64,000 nucleotides of DNA from Lama glama (taxonomy: Eukaryota). A program made the translations under genes and the position numbers. Each line of letters begins with the position of its first letter. Position 1 is the first letter of the stretch. Of the stretch, positions 1-11,445 are shown one piece after another. The DNA lies in NCBI GenBank assembly GCA_028534125.1, contig CM052845.1:24428001-24492000 (forward strand). Reading direction: 5' to 3'. The notes under the pieces were generated by a model. That model was not told the origin of the DNA, did not search any database, and saw nothing but the letters and a program-made list of their open reading frames with translations.

Positions 1-1240
1 TGAGGGTAACTTCCGGCTGGAGTCAGAAAACGCAGCAAGGGTTTGTCCTCCCCGTGGGAAGATGCACAGTGACTCAGAGCACTAACCTAACGGAATGACT
101 GAATTACTAAAAACTTCAAAATGTTGGCTATTTCCAAACACACGGCAGGAAGAACACGTAGGTCTGCTGAAGACCAGAGAACTGGCACAAAACCGGAGTG
201 GCTGCTTTTAGCACCTGTCTGTGTCACTTCTGCGAGCCATGGAAACGTGTGTTCCCTCGAACACGGGACGCGTGAGGAAGGCGGCAGCGTGCAGCCCGTG
301 CCTGCAGACGGCAGCTCTGCTCCGCTCTCGCGAGGACGGCCTCGGAGGGAGAAGACGTGTCTCAGGACGAAGGGGCAGGGGTGCTGAGGGGTGCTGGGCT
401 GCGGCTCTTCACCGAGAACGCTACACTTTGCATCAGAAGGGTAGAGCAGCATGGCAGGTAACTCAGAATGAAGGAAAAACACCACCAAGAAAGATGCCAT
501 TTTTAGTAAATAGCGGATCTCGGCTTCTCTGGAAATAAAGCTGGTTGAAACCATGTTTGCAAGGAACCATCTGTCATATCAGAGCTGTAGCCTTGATTTG
601 GTGCCATCAGCTTGTCCTATTAGTATTCGAAATGGATCTTTAAGCTACTAATTAAGGCTATAAACCTATGTTTCTAGGAGACAGGGTACACACTAACAGG
701 ATGGAATGCATTTCTCATTACGCTTTTTCTCGTCCTAGGGCGTGCGCAGCCTGCGTGAGAGCTCGGGGCGCCGCTTACAACAGGACAACGCAGGGCTCAC
801 AACCCGGTTTCCTCTCTGCAGCTGTTTTTATGGTGACCACCAATGACCGTTTTTGTGCTTCACGGCCAGGACCACCCTTTGGATTTAGACCTTTTAAAAC
901 ATAAAGAAGCAGGATGAATAAAATGGGGGTGAAAAAGAGCGCACACAGAGGCCGGCTCTAAGGGGTGTGGTCTGCTTGGATGCAGGGAGCCCTGAGAAGT
1001 CCTGCAACTCCGCGGAGGTAGGGGTCCGCTAGGAAGTTACCCGAGGCCCACAGAGGACAAAGCCAGGGCCGCAGGCCGGGGGCGCTCAGGGAGGCCCTCG
1101 GGCCTGAGCACGGACCCGGGCACCTCCTGGGCTCCCGGGCCCGGCTGCAGGCGCGGGCTCACGGTGAGAGACCGCCGAGGGCCGACCACAGAGACGTCTG
1201 CTGCTCGGTGATCATCAAGCACGAGCGCTAGACGGCTCAC

Positions 1241-1700
1241 CAACAGTCTGTCTTGTTTCATTTTTCAGTAAATGCAGTTTCGTTTCTTTGGCAGCCCTAT
1301 TTTTTTTAATTAAAAAGCTTAGTTTGCTGCTCAAAGGTGATCCTTCTCACTGTGCTTTTCTGAAACCATTTTCACTATGAAATCGGCCACTTCCAAGACT
1401 ACACTGTAATGGTCCCAAGAGTCCCTTGTTTGCAAGCAGCAGAGCACACACTGGACTCAGCGTGGACAGCTGTGTGACTGCCTTGAGAACCCTCTGCTGT
1501 GACGCCCACTCTGTGTTACTCACTCACTGAGACTGACGGGATTTCAGTTCTCCTTAGGAGAGCAGGATGAGCAAACGCAGCGCTGGCAGCCGGAAGAAGG
1601 GAGGCGCTGCGGTGCGAGTGTCTCTGGCCGGCGAAGCCGCTGCAGTTAGGAGACGCGTCCTCCGCTGAGCGGAGGGCCTCGCGCACGCTGCTTCCTGTTT
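1241..1700 (-). other. Candidate minus-strand alternative 5' exons (about 1700-1528, and 1296-1241 containing ATG, MKQDRLL)
   Basis: CpG-rich segment with tandem GTGAGT donors (plus-strand actcac at 1518-1523 and 1522-1527). TAG acceptor at 1299-1297 with a weak, A-rich tract. ATG at 1261-1259 with A at -3. Donor TTG|GTGAGC at 1240. Confidence 0.2.
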
Positions 1701-3639
1701 GCAAAACAAGCAGAATCTGCTGCTTAGGAAACCGTCCGGGAGGTCGATTCCGAATGAAGCGCCAAGCGGCCGCGGGAGCTTAACCCACGAAGCTGCCAGG
1801 CCGGGCAGAGGAACGGGTTACTGCTGGGGTGAGAGTCCACATAGTGACTTGGGTCTTCTTCAGTGGGATGTCCTGCAGGAGACTGGCCACCAGCCGGTCC
1901 TCGACTGAACCTCCGCCCACACACGGGGGCGCGGCCACACCCGGACAGAGACCCGCCAGCTCCTGCCTTCGCCGCTGCAGGTCGGCCAGGACCCCCGCGT
2001 GGGCAGGAAACCAGGCGGGAATCGACTTCCGCCTGCTCCCCTGGGCTCCTTCCCAGTGGCTCGGCCCTGCCTTCTCCCCGGCTCCCACCTGGAGTTCCCG
2101 CCCCAACGGGAACACACATGGGTTAGAGGGGAAGCGAGGTAAAAGCAGCGCGTCGCCTGCCTGCACCTGCTCCCTTGTCTCCTTCCCCTGCCGAGGAGCT
2201 CGAGAACCTGTAGGCATTTTATGTGAGAAAAATCTGTTTTCCTCGAAATAAACACTCAGCTCAGCAAATCGCTACCACCCACCAGAAAGCAGGCTGGGGC
2301 TCTGTTTCCCTTTGCACCAACAAACGCCTTGCCTTCAAATGCACTTAAGGACAAGAGGTTTCAGTAGAGTCCCAAAAAAAAGATCAAAACTTTACAGGGG
2401 AAGCAGGGGCCTCACTGCAGGCTGGGAGGGGACGCCTTCTCTGAGGAGCAGTGCTGTTGGCGACACGGGAGGTGACGTCCCCAGACAGCCTCACTGCTGA
2501 CATGCGTGTCGCACCCGGTGTGGACAGCTGGTTGCTGAGAAGCCCGGGGCCCTCCCCGGCCAGTGTCCGGAAGGCCCTGTGGTTCTGTCACTCCCCAGAG
2601 TCCACGCCGGAGTCAGCCTCCTGACAGCGGAAGCACCGTCCCGTCTTCTGGGTGAACCCTGTCGCCCGACGTGCGCCTCACACACTGCGCGCTGCATCTG
2701 GCTTTTTGTCTGCACACATGCCCAAGCTCCAAGGCGTACAAAACTCCAAAGACAAAAATATCTTAATGCGTCTGAACATCCAGTTTCTATGGAGACAGAA
2801 ATCAAAGTGAACTGTCTAATGAGAGGGCTTTAAAACCTTTTTTTTTTTAGAATTCCAGCCTGGTGCTTCACATTTTGGGAATATGTTGAAATGCCTCGGA
2901 ACTGGTTATTATTCCAAACACATTTTGCCAAAATGCAATACCGCATCCTAATGAGAACTGCTGATGCCAGCTAATCTCCACTGCGGCGCCCCGCCCCGCC
3001 CCTGACGAACGCTCTGATTACATGGGAGGCAGCGGTTCCAAACTCTCCGGCTGTGCGAGAGCGTCTCTGTTCCCTCTTGGGCCCGGATGCAGTGTCACAC
3101 TGGGTCACGAGTGCCACCGGCGAGACTGAGCACGCTGCCTCTTTCAAGGGACCCCAGGGGAGGTTCTGTAAGATGTCACCAGGTTGAGTTTGCAAATGAC
3201 TGCACTCCAGAATAATCCACTTAATTTCAGGGCCTCTGGTTTTGAATACGTAATGACCCTCAAGGCCCTCCCCCGCACACCCCGGTGTGCACTCCACTCT
3301 GTCGCGCGTGTTGTGGAGGCACTGGGTTGACCCTGACAATAACCTACTCAGAACAGCAGGTTGCATTACGTTCTGAGCTGCTCTCGGAGGCATCCGTGGA
3401 AATCACCCCAGAGAGCGGGCCTTTCGTACTCACAGGCCACACGACGGGGGAGGAGGGCTTCCTCGCACTGGGCCAGCCCTCCGGGAGCCTCCCCACAGCC
3501 CCGTCCACACCTGCCACGAGTCTCAGCTCAGCAGGGCTCCCCTCCAACCTCTGACGGTCCTCACTGCAAACACTGGGGCCCAAACCCACCTCGGGGACTC
3601 AGCTCGGGGCTCACCTCCTCCGAGAAGACCCCGCCTCCG

Positions 3640-3770
3640 CCCACGTCCTTCTGTGCACCTGACCCACTTCCCACGCTCCACGTACGTGCTCACAACTTGT
3701 CTCTCGTCGGAACTGTGGCTTCCTTGTGCCTCACTGCCTCTGTGGCCTGGACCCCAGCACAGTGCCTGGC
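3640..3770 (+). mobile_element. L2 LINE 3'-end fragment (degenerate)
   Basis: Ends in cccagcacagtgcctggc, the conserved L2/MIR 3' motif. Confidence 0.4.
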
Positions 3771-4939
3771 GGACTTTGAATCTCCAGAGTTTGCACATCC
3801 GTGGATAACGTCCCCCCGTTACCCAAGTCCTGCTTCTCCAAAGCAGCCAGGCCCCGTCTTCACGGAGTCTGATCGGCTGCGTGGGGCAGGGCCCGGGAAA
3901 TTGGCTTCTGAGATGCTCTCCCTGTGACCGGCCTCCACCCCCAGCGCCTGTCTGATGCCGCACCTGCGTGAGTGTGGTCCTTCCCTGCGCCTGCACCTGA
4001 CGGACACAGCACCTGTCCTCCTCTCTCTCCTCGCTGGGGCTGAGGAGCCTCCTGCACACTCAGGGTCCACGCCGTGTCCCGTTTCTGACAAACTCCTTTG
4101 TCTGGTGGGTGCCGCGTGGAGGACACGTGCCTTTTCCAGGACCCTCTGCGGCGAGGAGGCACCCCGAGATGAGGCAGGCTTCTCCGTCCGTCCTCGGCTC
4201 AGCAGTGCCTCTGGCCAAGCACAGCCTCCTTCTGCCAGTGCTGCTCCCCCCCAGCCCCTCCCCCAGCGCGCTGACACCCCCAGTTCCCGAGGGCCATGTG
4301 GACAGCCACCCGGTGGTCCAGCCCCAAGGAGCCTTCCTTCCTCGGCCTTGGGCTCCCTGCCTGCCCCTGCTTCTCCTGGAAACTCTGTCTCCACTTCTGG
4401 ACACCACAGCTACTACTCCTGGTTCCTGTTAGTTTTCACTGTGAAGGACACAGGAACCGCGGACCTGGTACCTGGCGCGGGAGGCCCCTGCACTCACACC
4501 CCACCCCCCCAAGCTCGTCTTTGCGGCTCCTGCAAGAAAACAGTGGGCGGGGAGCACACTGGCCATGGCATGACCAGGATGGGGTGTGCCCAGGGGACAG
4601 GGGCAGGGGACATGGGGACAGGCCTGAAGGGCGGGCAGGCGGGGCCAGGAAGAACCCACAGAGAGGACGGTGGGGAAGGGTGTCAGAGGAAGAGCAGACA
4701 CTGGATAAGTGATGCTGTGACGAGCCAGGAAACCGCAGGGCTCAGGGAGGTGTGTGGCTGGCAATCTGGCTGATGGGTGAGGCTACGGGTTAGGGACTTC
4801 GAGGGCTGGCATGTCGTCTTACTGCCAGTGCACATAGGACAGGAGTGTCCAAAGGCCTCTGAGCCACGACAGCTGAGAGGGACCATCGCAGTTTCCAGGA
4901 CGGCCCAGCACACTGCACGCTGCCCGAGCCCCTCCCCCC

Positions 4940-5035
4940 CCAGCCCTACAAGGTGGGCAGTTCTAACCCATTCGACAAATAAGAAGCTGGGGAGGGGGTG
5001 CGTGAGGAGTGGGTGGAACCCCAGAGTTCAAGGCC
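4940..5035 (-). mobile_element. MIR SINE fragment
   Basis: cagccctacaaggtgggcagttctaacccattcgacaaataagaagctg resembles the antisense MIR core. Confidence 0.45.
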
Positions 5036-6734
5036 CAGGAGCCCTCAGGGTGGTCCCAGCAGGGAGATGACAGCCGCCTGGTCCTGGAAAATACTGCCGC
5101 AGTATTTTCACTGTCACCGTCCACGCTGCCCGGGGCAGCTCGGCTCTGCTCCACCTTTCAGCCACGGTGGAGGCCTGGCCAGCGGTTACTCCAGCTTCGG
5201 GTTCAGCATGAAAGTAAAGAGAAAAATCACGCGGAAAGTGTAATTCCGTCCCTTTACACTAGACTTTGTAAAAGGACCAGACGCGGGCTAGGCCCACAGG
5301 GAAAGCCGCGGGCTGAGTCTCAGCCGACGGCGACGGTGCAGGGCAGGGGAAGACGACGGGACGTTCACGTGTGGTCTGATGGTACGACGCGTTTTCAAAC
5401 AGAGACAGTAATTGTGTAAACCTACAGCAGAGTTTTAGCTTAGAAGCCGCGAGAACGCACTTCGCTGGCACTTCCTAAAGGACTGCTCATTACAGTGCTT
5501 CTCTGAAAACCAAAAACAAGGAACTATTTTCTGTGCTTTACTAGTTCTCTCTCCCTTTTCTAAGCATTTGCCCAAAGAGCATCTTCCTGCCTCTCAGGCT
5601 TTGGAGCAAAAGGAGGCACAAGCGTCAGATGAGGAGAGACTTTTCTCTGCCGTCCAGCTGCAGGGACAGCTGGCATCCTCATGCAGCTCCGTTCTGGAGC
5701 ATTTCTGTCCTCCCGGAACACTTGGCCCACCCAGTATTCAGAGCTGCAGTGCCCAGTAATTACAGTGGGAGAGAACTCTCAGGAGGAAGGGGAGTTTGGA
5801 ACGGAAGACAGGTCTGTGAGGAGGATGGACGGGCTTGGGGGGGGCAGGTGGCCTCACTTAACACAGAGGGACCAAAGGGACAGCCACCACCCAGCGGGCC
5901 TGGCTCGAGGCCTCTGCACACCGTCAGCTGTGCTGAGAGGTGCTCCTTTCTGGGAGACGGCCTTCTTCCTATGAGACCAGGCTCAGCGCTCCCTCCCTAA
6001 GGTCCAGCCCTCACGGCGAGGCTGGAGCCCGGTTCTGATGACATCTGGGCCCCCTTGCCCCATTTCTAAGTGTGGTTCCAGGACCAGCAGCCTGCGGTCC
6101 TGGGAGCTGGTGAGACTGCAGACTCTCAGGGCAGCCCAGGGCTGGGATCCAGACCCCGTGAGTCGGCAAGAGCCTGAGACGGTGGGAGACACACTGCTGT
6201 GGCCGTGGGGACGCACCAGGCCCAGGCACAGGGGGCTCTTGCTCAGCCGCCTCCCCAGGCTCCCCTCCCGATGCTGGCTCCACACCGGCCCAGCCCATCT
6301 TGAGCCCCCAGGAAGCCAGCATCAGGTCCACCCTGTGCAGACTTCTTGGACCTGCTCCGGCTGAGCTGATGGCCTGCCTGAACACCGGTCATGCTTGGCT
6401 CTCCGCCCTGGGGCCACAGCAGCATCAGCCCGGGGCTGGGGACACTCTGGGCCTGACCCGGCTCAGACAGGCGCGTGGGCATCGCTGGCGGGGGGCTGTG
6501 CTCCGGCAGGTGTGAGACTCCCCAGGCGATGCTGGTCCCAGCCCGGCTGAGGACCGTGCTGTGGGTCAGGGTGACCGTGGCGCAGCTTCCCACCCAGGGC
6601 AGTCTCGAGAGGGACGGGGCAGTGGTGAGGGTCATGCCCGGATGCAGGCAGAGCCCGATCCCCGGGGCACGTGGCTCCTCGTCTGTGCCAAGCCTTAGGG
6701 GCTGGCTGAGCCGACCTGGGTGTCTGCATCAGCT

Positions 6735-6835
6735 TCCTCAGGGCACGAACCCTGTTCTACGGATCTTTGAACACCCAGACCCACCGTGATGCCCGATGTT
6801 AGCTGACCCTCAAGAGGTGTTTGGAAAGTGCACAA
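6735..6835 (+). mobile_element. L2 3'-end fragment
   Basis: agggcacgaaccctgttctacggatctttgaacaccca...ctcaagaggtgtttggaaagtg follows the L2 terminal layout. Confidence 0.35.
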
Positions 6836-6855
6836 AAGGTCAAGAGTCAGGGTCA

Positions 6856-7273
6856 GCAGGGGTCATTGTACAGAGTGACGTCAGCCAGAAAGAGAAAGAG
6901 AAACACCACGTGACATCACATGCGGGACCTAAAAACATGACACCAGTGAACTTCCTTACAGAACAGGGACAGACTGGCAGACGCAGAGAACAAACCCGTG
7001 GTTACCGGGGGTAGGGGAGAGTGCAAGGTGGGCGTTGTGGATTTGCAGTTACTAACTGCTGTACATAAAACAGATAAACAGCAGGTCCTACTGCAGAGCA
7101 GGGGGACCTGCACTCGATGCCTGCAACGGCCTAGAACCGAGAACGTGAGAAGGAACGTGTATGCACACGTAGAGATGCCCACCGTGCTGCCCACCGGGAA
7201 TCAACACAGCACTGTAAACCAGCTCTGTCTCAATTAAAAAGTAAAAAGCAGTTAAAACTGACTCTAAAACCAG
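6856..7273 (+). mobile_element. 5'-truncated LINE-1 (artiodactyl/camelid-type ORF2 end and 3' UTR) with target-site duplication
   Basis: Diagnostic motifs agccagaaagagaaaga, gttaccggggg, atttgcagttactaact, aaaacagataaac, aggtcctactg and caattaaaaa followed by a decayed A-tail. TSD AGAGTCAGGGTCA (6843-6855) versus AGCGTCAGGGTCA (7274-7286), 12/13 identical. Confidence 0.9.
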
Positions 7274-7328
7274 AGCGTCAGGGTCAAGATCGCCACTTCC
7301 TCACTGTCGTTCCAGCGCTCCATCAGGG

Positions 7329-7818
7329 CGTCAGCTGGACTCAAGTGCACACCCTCAAAGCTGGGTTTACGTTTCATTCAGGGGACTTTCTGAGGACTCG
7401 AGCCGGGATGACAGCCCCTCCGGTTGCTCTAAGACGCTGCTCAGAAGGGGCAGGGGAGGAGCCAGGATATATAGGAGTTTCTGCCACAAAGACCAGGTAG
7501 TCGGAGCATCAAGAGATGACTGTTAATGACAGAAAACCAGATACTCCAAGTTAGAGAATTCAGTGCTTCTCTCTGTGTGGGTCGGTGCAGAACCTGGGCT
7601 CGCTGAGATCACGCCTGTGACGTGCACCTGGGCCGTCCGGGGCGGCGTCCTGTGCGCTCCCGTCCTGCGTTCCCTTGGGGGCACCGCTGGGGGCTGCAGA
7701 GGCTCGGCCTCCTGCCTCTCTGAATCCCGAGGCCCCCCTCGCCGTCAGGGGCCGCTGGTGGCCTGACGGCAGCAGCCTCCTGTGTTTGCTGACGTGGCTG
7801 CAGTGCTTCTCAGTCACA
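7329..7818 (-). mobile_element. Solo ERV1 LTR, MER41-like (artiodactyl)
   Basis: Matches the remembered antisense consensus (gggaggagccaggatatataggagttt, aaagaccaggtagtcgga, gaaaaccagata). Flanked by 4-bp TSD AGGG (7325-7328 and 7819-7822). On the minus strand it begins TGTG and ends CG (mutated from CA). TATA retained at 7468-7473. Confidence 0.85.
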
Positions 7819-8749
7819 AGGGCTGTCAAGGCCGTGCACCAGGTTGTCAAGGTCGTGGAGGGAACAGCAATGCTGAAGGAGGCAGTTGAGTCTCCGTGTG
7901 AAAAGCAGGTTTAAAAAGAATGGCAAAGAAACATCAAAGACTTCAAGATGCCTGCTCTGAACGCATTTGAGTTCATTGAGTCGTGCTCCTGTGGGCTGCG
8001 CACGCACCTGGTGTCTGAGTCCCGGCTGCTGGCGGTGTGATTGTGAAAAGACCCCAAAGGCCAGCTGGGGGTGAGGAGAGGAGACACTGCAGCCAATAAA
8101 CTAGTTAAATTACAGGATCTTAACCCTGAAAGGTGGGAGACTGAGATGCTGTGGCGGGCGCTCAGAATGTTCTGTGAGGGGTCTGTCTTTCTAATCCAAG
8201 AAGGAAAACTGAATCCCACCGCAGAAACGGAGCCAGAGGAATGGGGGCAAACACAGCAGGGCAGGGAAGACCTTAAGTGCGGAAATAGTTCAGACTCGGA
8301 TCTCCGGCAGCTGCCGTCTGGGAAGTGACCTGAGCCTTCACCGGTACCGTCTGCAGTCACTCCAGAGCGTGACCCCCGCTTCTCCAGGCCTGGGAAAGGA
8401 CGCCGTGACGCTGCTGGCAACAAGGCAGAGCCGAGCCCTGGGGCGGAGGACGGAGGGCGGGCAGAGGGCTCGCGCTCCCCTCCAGCACTAGTCCCGCGGG
8501 GGCGGGAAGGTCAGGAGCGTTGGAAGAGCCACAGGACTGTCAGAAGTGGGTCAGGTATGAACCTCAAGGCGCAGCTCTCTTTGTTTTGTGGTGGACTTAA
8601 GATTACAATTTAAAAAAATCAAGATAGGTCTTTATTCTTCAGTCTGCTCCACTTGTAAGTAATGTGACCCTGAACATTTCAGTCATGCCACATCTGTGTT
8701 GCAGAAAAGGACTTGGTGACAGGGAAAGATATTGCTAAAACATTAAGTG

Positions 8750-8940
8750 CAAGTAGTAGAAATAAAAAATAATATTTGACACCATAATTAAGTCCACGCA
8801 TGGGAGGCGGGGGGCGGGGGCATAATGCCCAGACATTAGCCAGGATCATCTCTGGGGGGAGCATTCTATCTTTCCACGTTCATCCCTGTTATCTGAATTT
8901 TCTAGAATGATTATGAATTAATTTTGCATCATGAGAAAAG
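8750..8940 (+). mobile_element. Old L1 (L1ME-like) 3'-terminal fragment
   Basis: AT-rich segment with atcatctctgggggg and tctgaattttctagaatgattatgaattaattttgcatcatgagaaaa, typical of L1ME ends. Confidence 0.4.
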
Positions 8941-10072
8941 TCTAAGTTACTGTTTTAGTATCTATCGAACTACCCAGTGTTGACCCACCACTGTGCGTAG
9001 TGTTAAAGTGATAATATAATTAGCGTTGGTCCAGCAAACAGAAACGCACCGCGAGCTACGTGGCCATCAGTGAAGGTAACTGAAGTCACAGCTGGAAGAT
9101 TAACTGCCACTGACGCACGGGCTTGTTTTCAGAGCGCCCAACATGGGGAAGGGCGTGATCACACTGCACGACGGACGTAGCAGATGCGGGGTAGTCTGCG
9201 TGAGCGGCGGGCGCAGCCGTGGCGGCTGGACCCCCCCGACGCGGGAGCGGTGGGTCGATGAGGCTTCTCTTCGTCTGGCTGAGGAAAAGCCAAGGTCACT
9301 CTGCGTCTCCAGAGTTGAGGGAAGTCCCCGCTGGGCACGCACACCATCCCCAGAGGAACTGGTCGAACTAGCAAGGCCCTCCTTCACTTTGCGCTTGCCG
9401 TGGAAAACAAGCGTCGGTGAGAGCAGGGGCGCCTGTCGAGACGCTGTGTTGCTCGACAAGCACAGACGCGGGAGGCAGGGTTCAATGCAGCCGCGTGACA
9501 CTAGGACAAGCAGCACGCCCGTCAGTCAGTCTCCGGAATCTCTGAAACCTCAGAAAGCGCTTAATGAAGAGATCAGCCCGACGTCCACGCCGCGCACCGA
9601 CCGGCCGGGCACACCCCCCGCGCACACGCCGCCCCTTGGAGCTGCGCTGCTTCCGGCTCGCGGACGCCTATCCTCGGCCTACATTCCTAACGGCCTTCCT
9701 TTCAGTGGCTTTTACGTCCTGGAACTGTGACCGCGGAATAGCTCGCTTTTCTGCCTGAGCACCAGCCGTTTGGCCAGAAATCCCAGCGTGGGGCCGGTCG
9801 TCGCGGAGGCTCAGTGCTTTTATGCTGGGTTCTTTCTACAAAAGCTATTTCAGGAGTCACTCCTCCAACCTGGGCATCAAAGCAGCAGTTTAAAATGTGC
9901 GCGTAGATGGACGGTCATCAAAACCCGTGTTACAAACCAGCACTGCACACGCCAGTGAGTTCCTGAGCTACAAACACGTAGAAGGAGCTGTGGTCACTGT
10001 GGATGGAGAGGCACCAGGTCCCTCATCTAGAGAAGCTGGTTCACCGGCCGACATCAGCCTCCTCCTGCCGCC

Positions 10073-10236
10073 GGACAGGGCGACCACGGGACAGGGCGAC
10101 CACGGGACAGGGTGTTGGCTGGATGGGGTGACCATGGGATGGGGTGACTGCCAGAGGGGGCGACTGCAGGGCGGGGTGACCGTTGGAGGGGGCAACTGAG
10201 GGATGGGGTGACTGTTGGACGGGGTGACTGTGGGAC
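10073..10236 (+). repeat. Minisatellite of 10 exact-phase 16-bp units (consensus approximately GGAYGGGGTGACYRYG)
   Basis: Units start at 10073, 10089, 10105 ... 10217 with no indels. The first two are identical (ggacagggcgaccacg). Confidence 0.9.
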
Positions 10237-10884
10237 CCAATGAACTGACGTCAAGAGCTCGGAGCTCCACCCAGGACCCGCCTTCGGAGCAGAATCAGCG
10301 TCGCTGGCCAAGCTTGCACTGAACCAGCCACGTTCCCATCAGAATGGCCCACAGTCTCTCCGAATTCCTGCCGACATCCCCTCCCGCCTTCGGTGCGTCT
10401 CATGGCAAACGCACCTGTGTCGCGTTTCCCAGCAACAGGCCTCCTCCACCTCCTCTCCTCTCCTCCCCATGGGTGAGGAGCTCCCAGTCTGCCCACCCTC
10501 GGGCAAGGAGGGCACCCATGATGCTCCCGGGAAAAGGCAGCTTTGACACAACATTCAGCGCAGAAGACAGTCTCTCGTGTGAGTCCTTTTCAAAGTTAGA
10601 TCCAACAGACCCTGCAGCACAGAACTTCACGGCAGGTCACCATGAAGACTGAACTAGCTCATAGCGCAGCTGGGACCAGGCCCGTGACTCACACGCTGGG
10701 TGGAAGCTGTATTAGGATCCTTTTCCCTCTCACTCTAACAAACTTCTTCTTTCTTCTTTAAATTAAGAAAGGTAAGATCCAACACCTCCCTTCCTGCGAG
10801 GATGAGATGGGAGAGGCTGAGGCAGAGGGTGGGGCCAGGTGGCGGGTCTCCGCCCTGCCCTGTCGGTCACGGGGCCCCAGACCT

Positions 10885-11005
10885 GACAAACCTCCGATTC
10901 CCCGTCTGAACTGAGACCAGGGTCACGAGGCGTCACGGGCGTTGAATGAGTTAAGCTCTCTAAAGCACTCCTTGCACACAGCAGACACTCGATACCAAAA
11001 TATTC
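10885..11005 (+). mobile_element. MIR SINE fragment (3' half)
   Basis: cctccgattccccgtctgaactga...gttgaatgagttaagctctctaaagcactc. Confidence 0.55.
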
Positions 11006-11334
11006 TGCCACCTTAAAAAAGCCGGATTCAGGCTCACGGCCAGCAGTGGACACAGGAGGCCGGCCACAGCCTCAGAAGTCCCTCCAGCTTCCCCTTAACA
11101 CCCGCCCTCCCGGAGCCCTCCCCTGGCCGACTGGCCCAGCACACGTTCAGCGGAGCCCAGAGGACACATGGAGCCGGGGATGCGGGCAACGCCACCTCTG
11201 TTGCTGTTCTATTTCCATGCTCTCCTCCTGGGCTCACACCAGTCTGCTGCTGCAACGGCCGCAGTATTTGTCTAGGAAAGAGAGCAGCACGAGGTACCTG
11301 CAAACACGAAGGTCCTGGAGTGGAGGAGCTCCAC

Positions 11335-11445
11335 CCTGAATCCCAGCTCTGCAGCGGAACAACTGTGTGACATTGAAAAAGTGGCTGAGCCTCTCTAAGC
11401 CCAGGTCCCTGAAGTCAGTGAAGGAGACACTGTACCCACCTGCCT
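11335..11445 (+). mobile_element. MIR SINE fragment (core)
   Basis: gaatcccagctctgc...ctgtgtgacattgaaaaagtggctgagcctctctaagcccag matches the MIR core. Confidence 0.7.
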
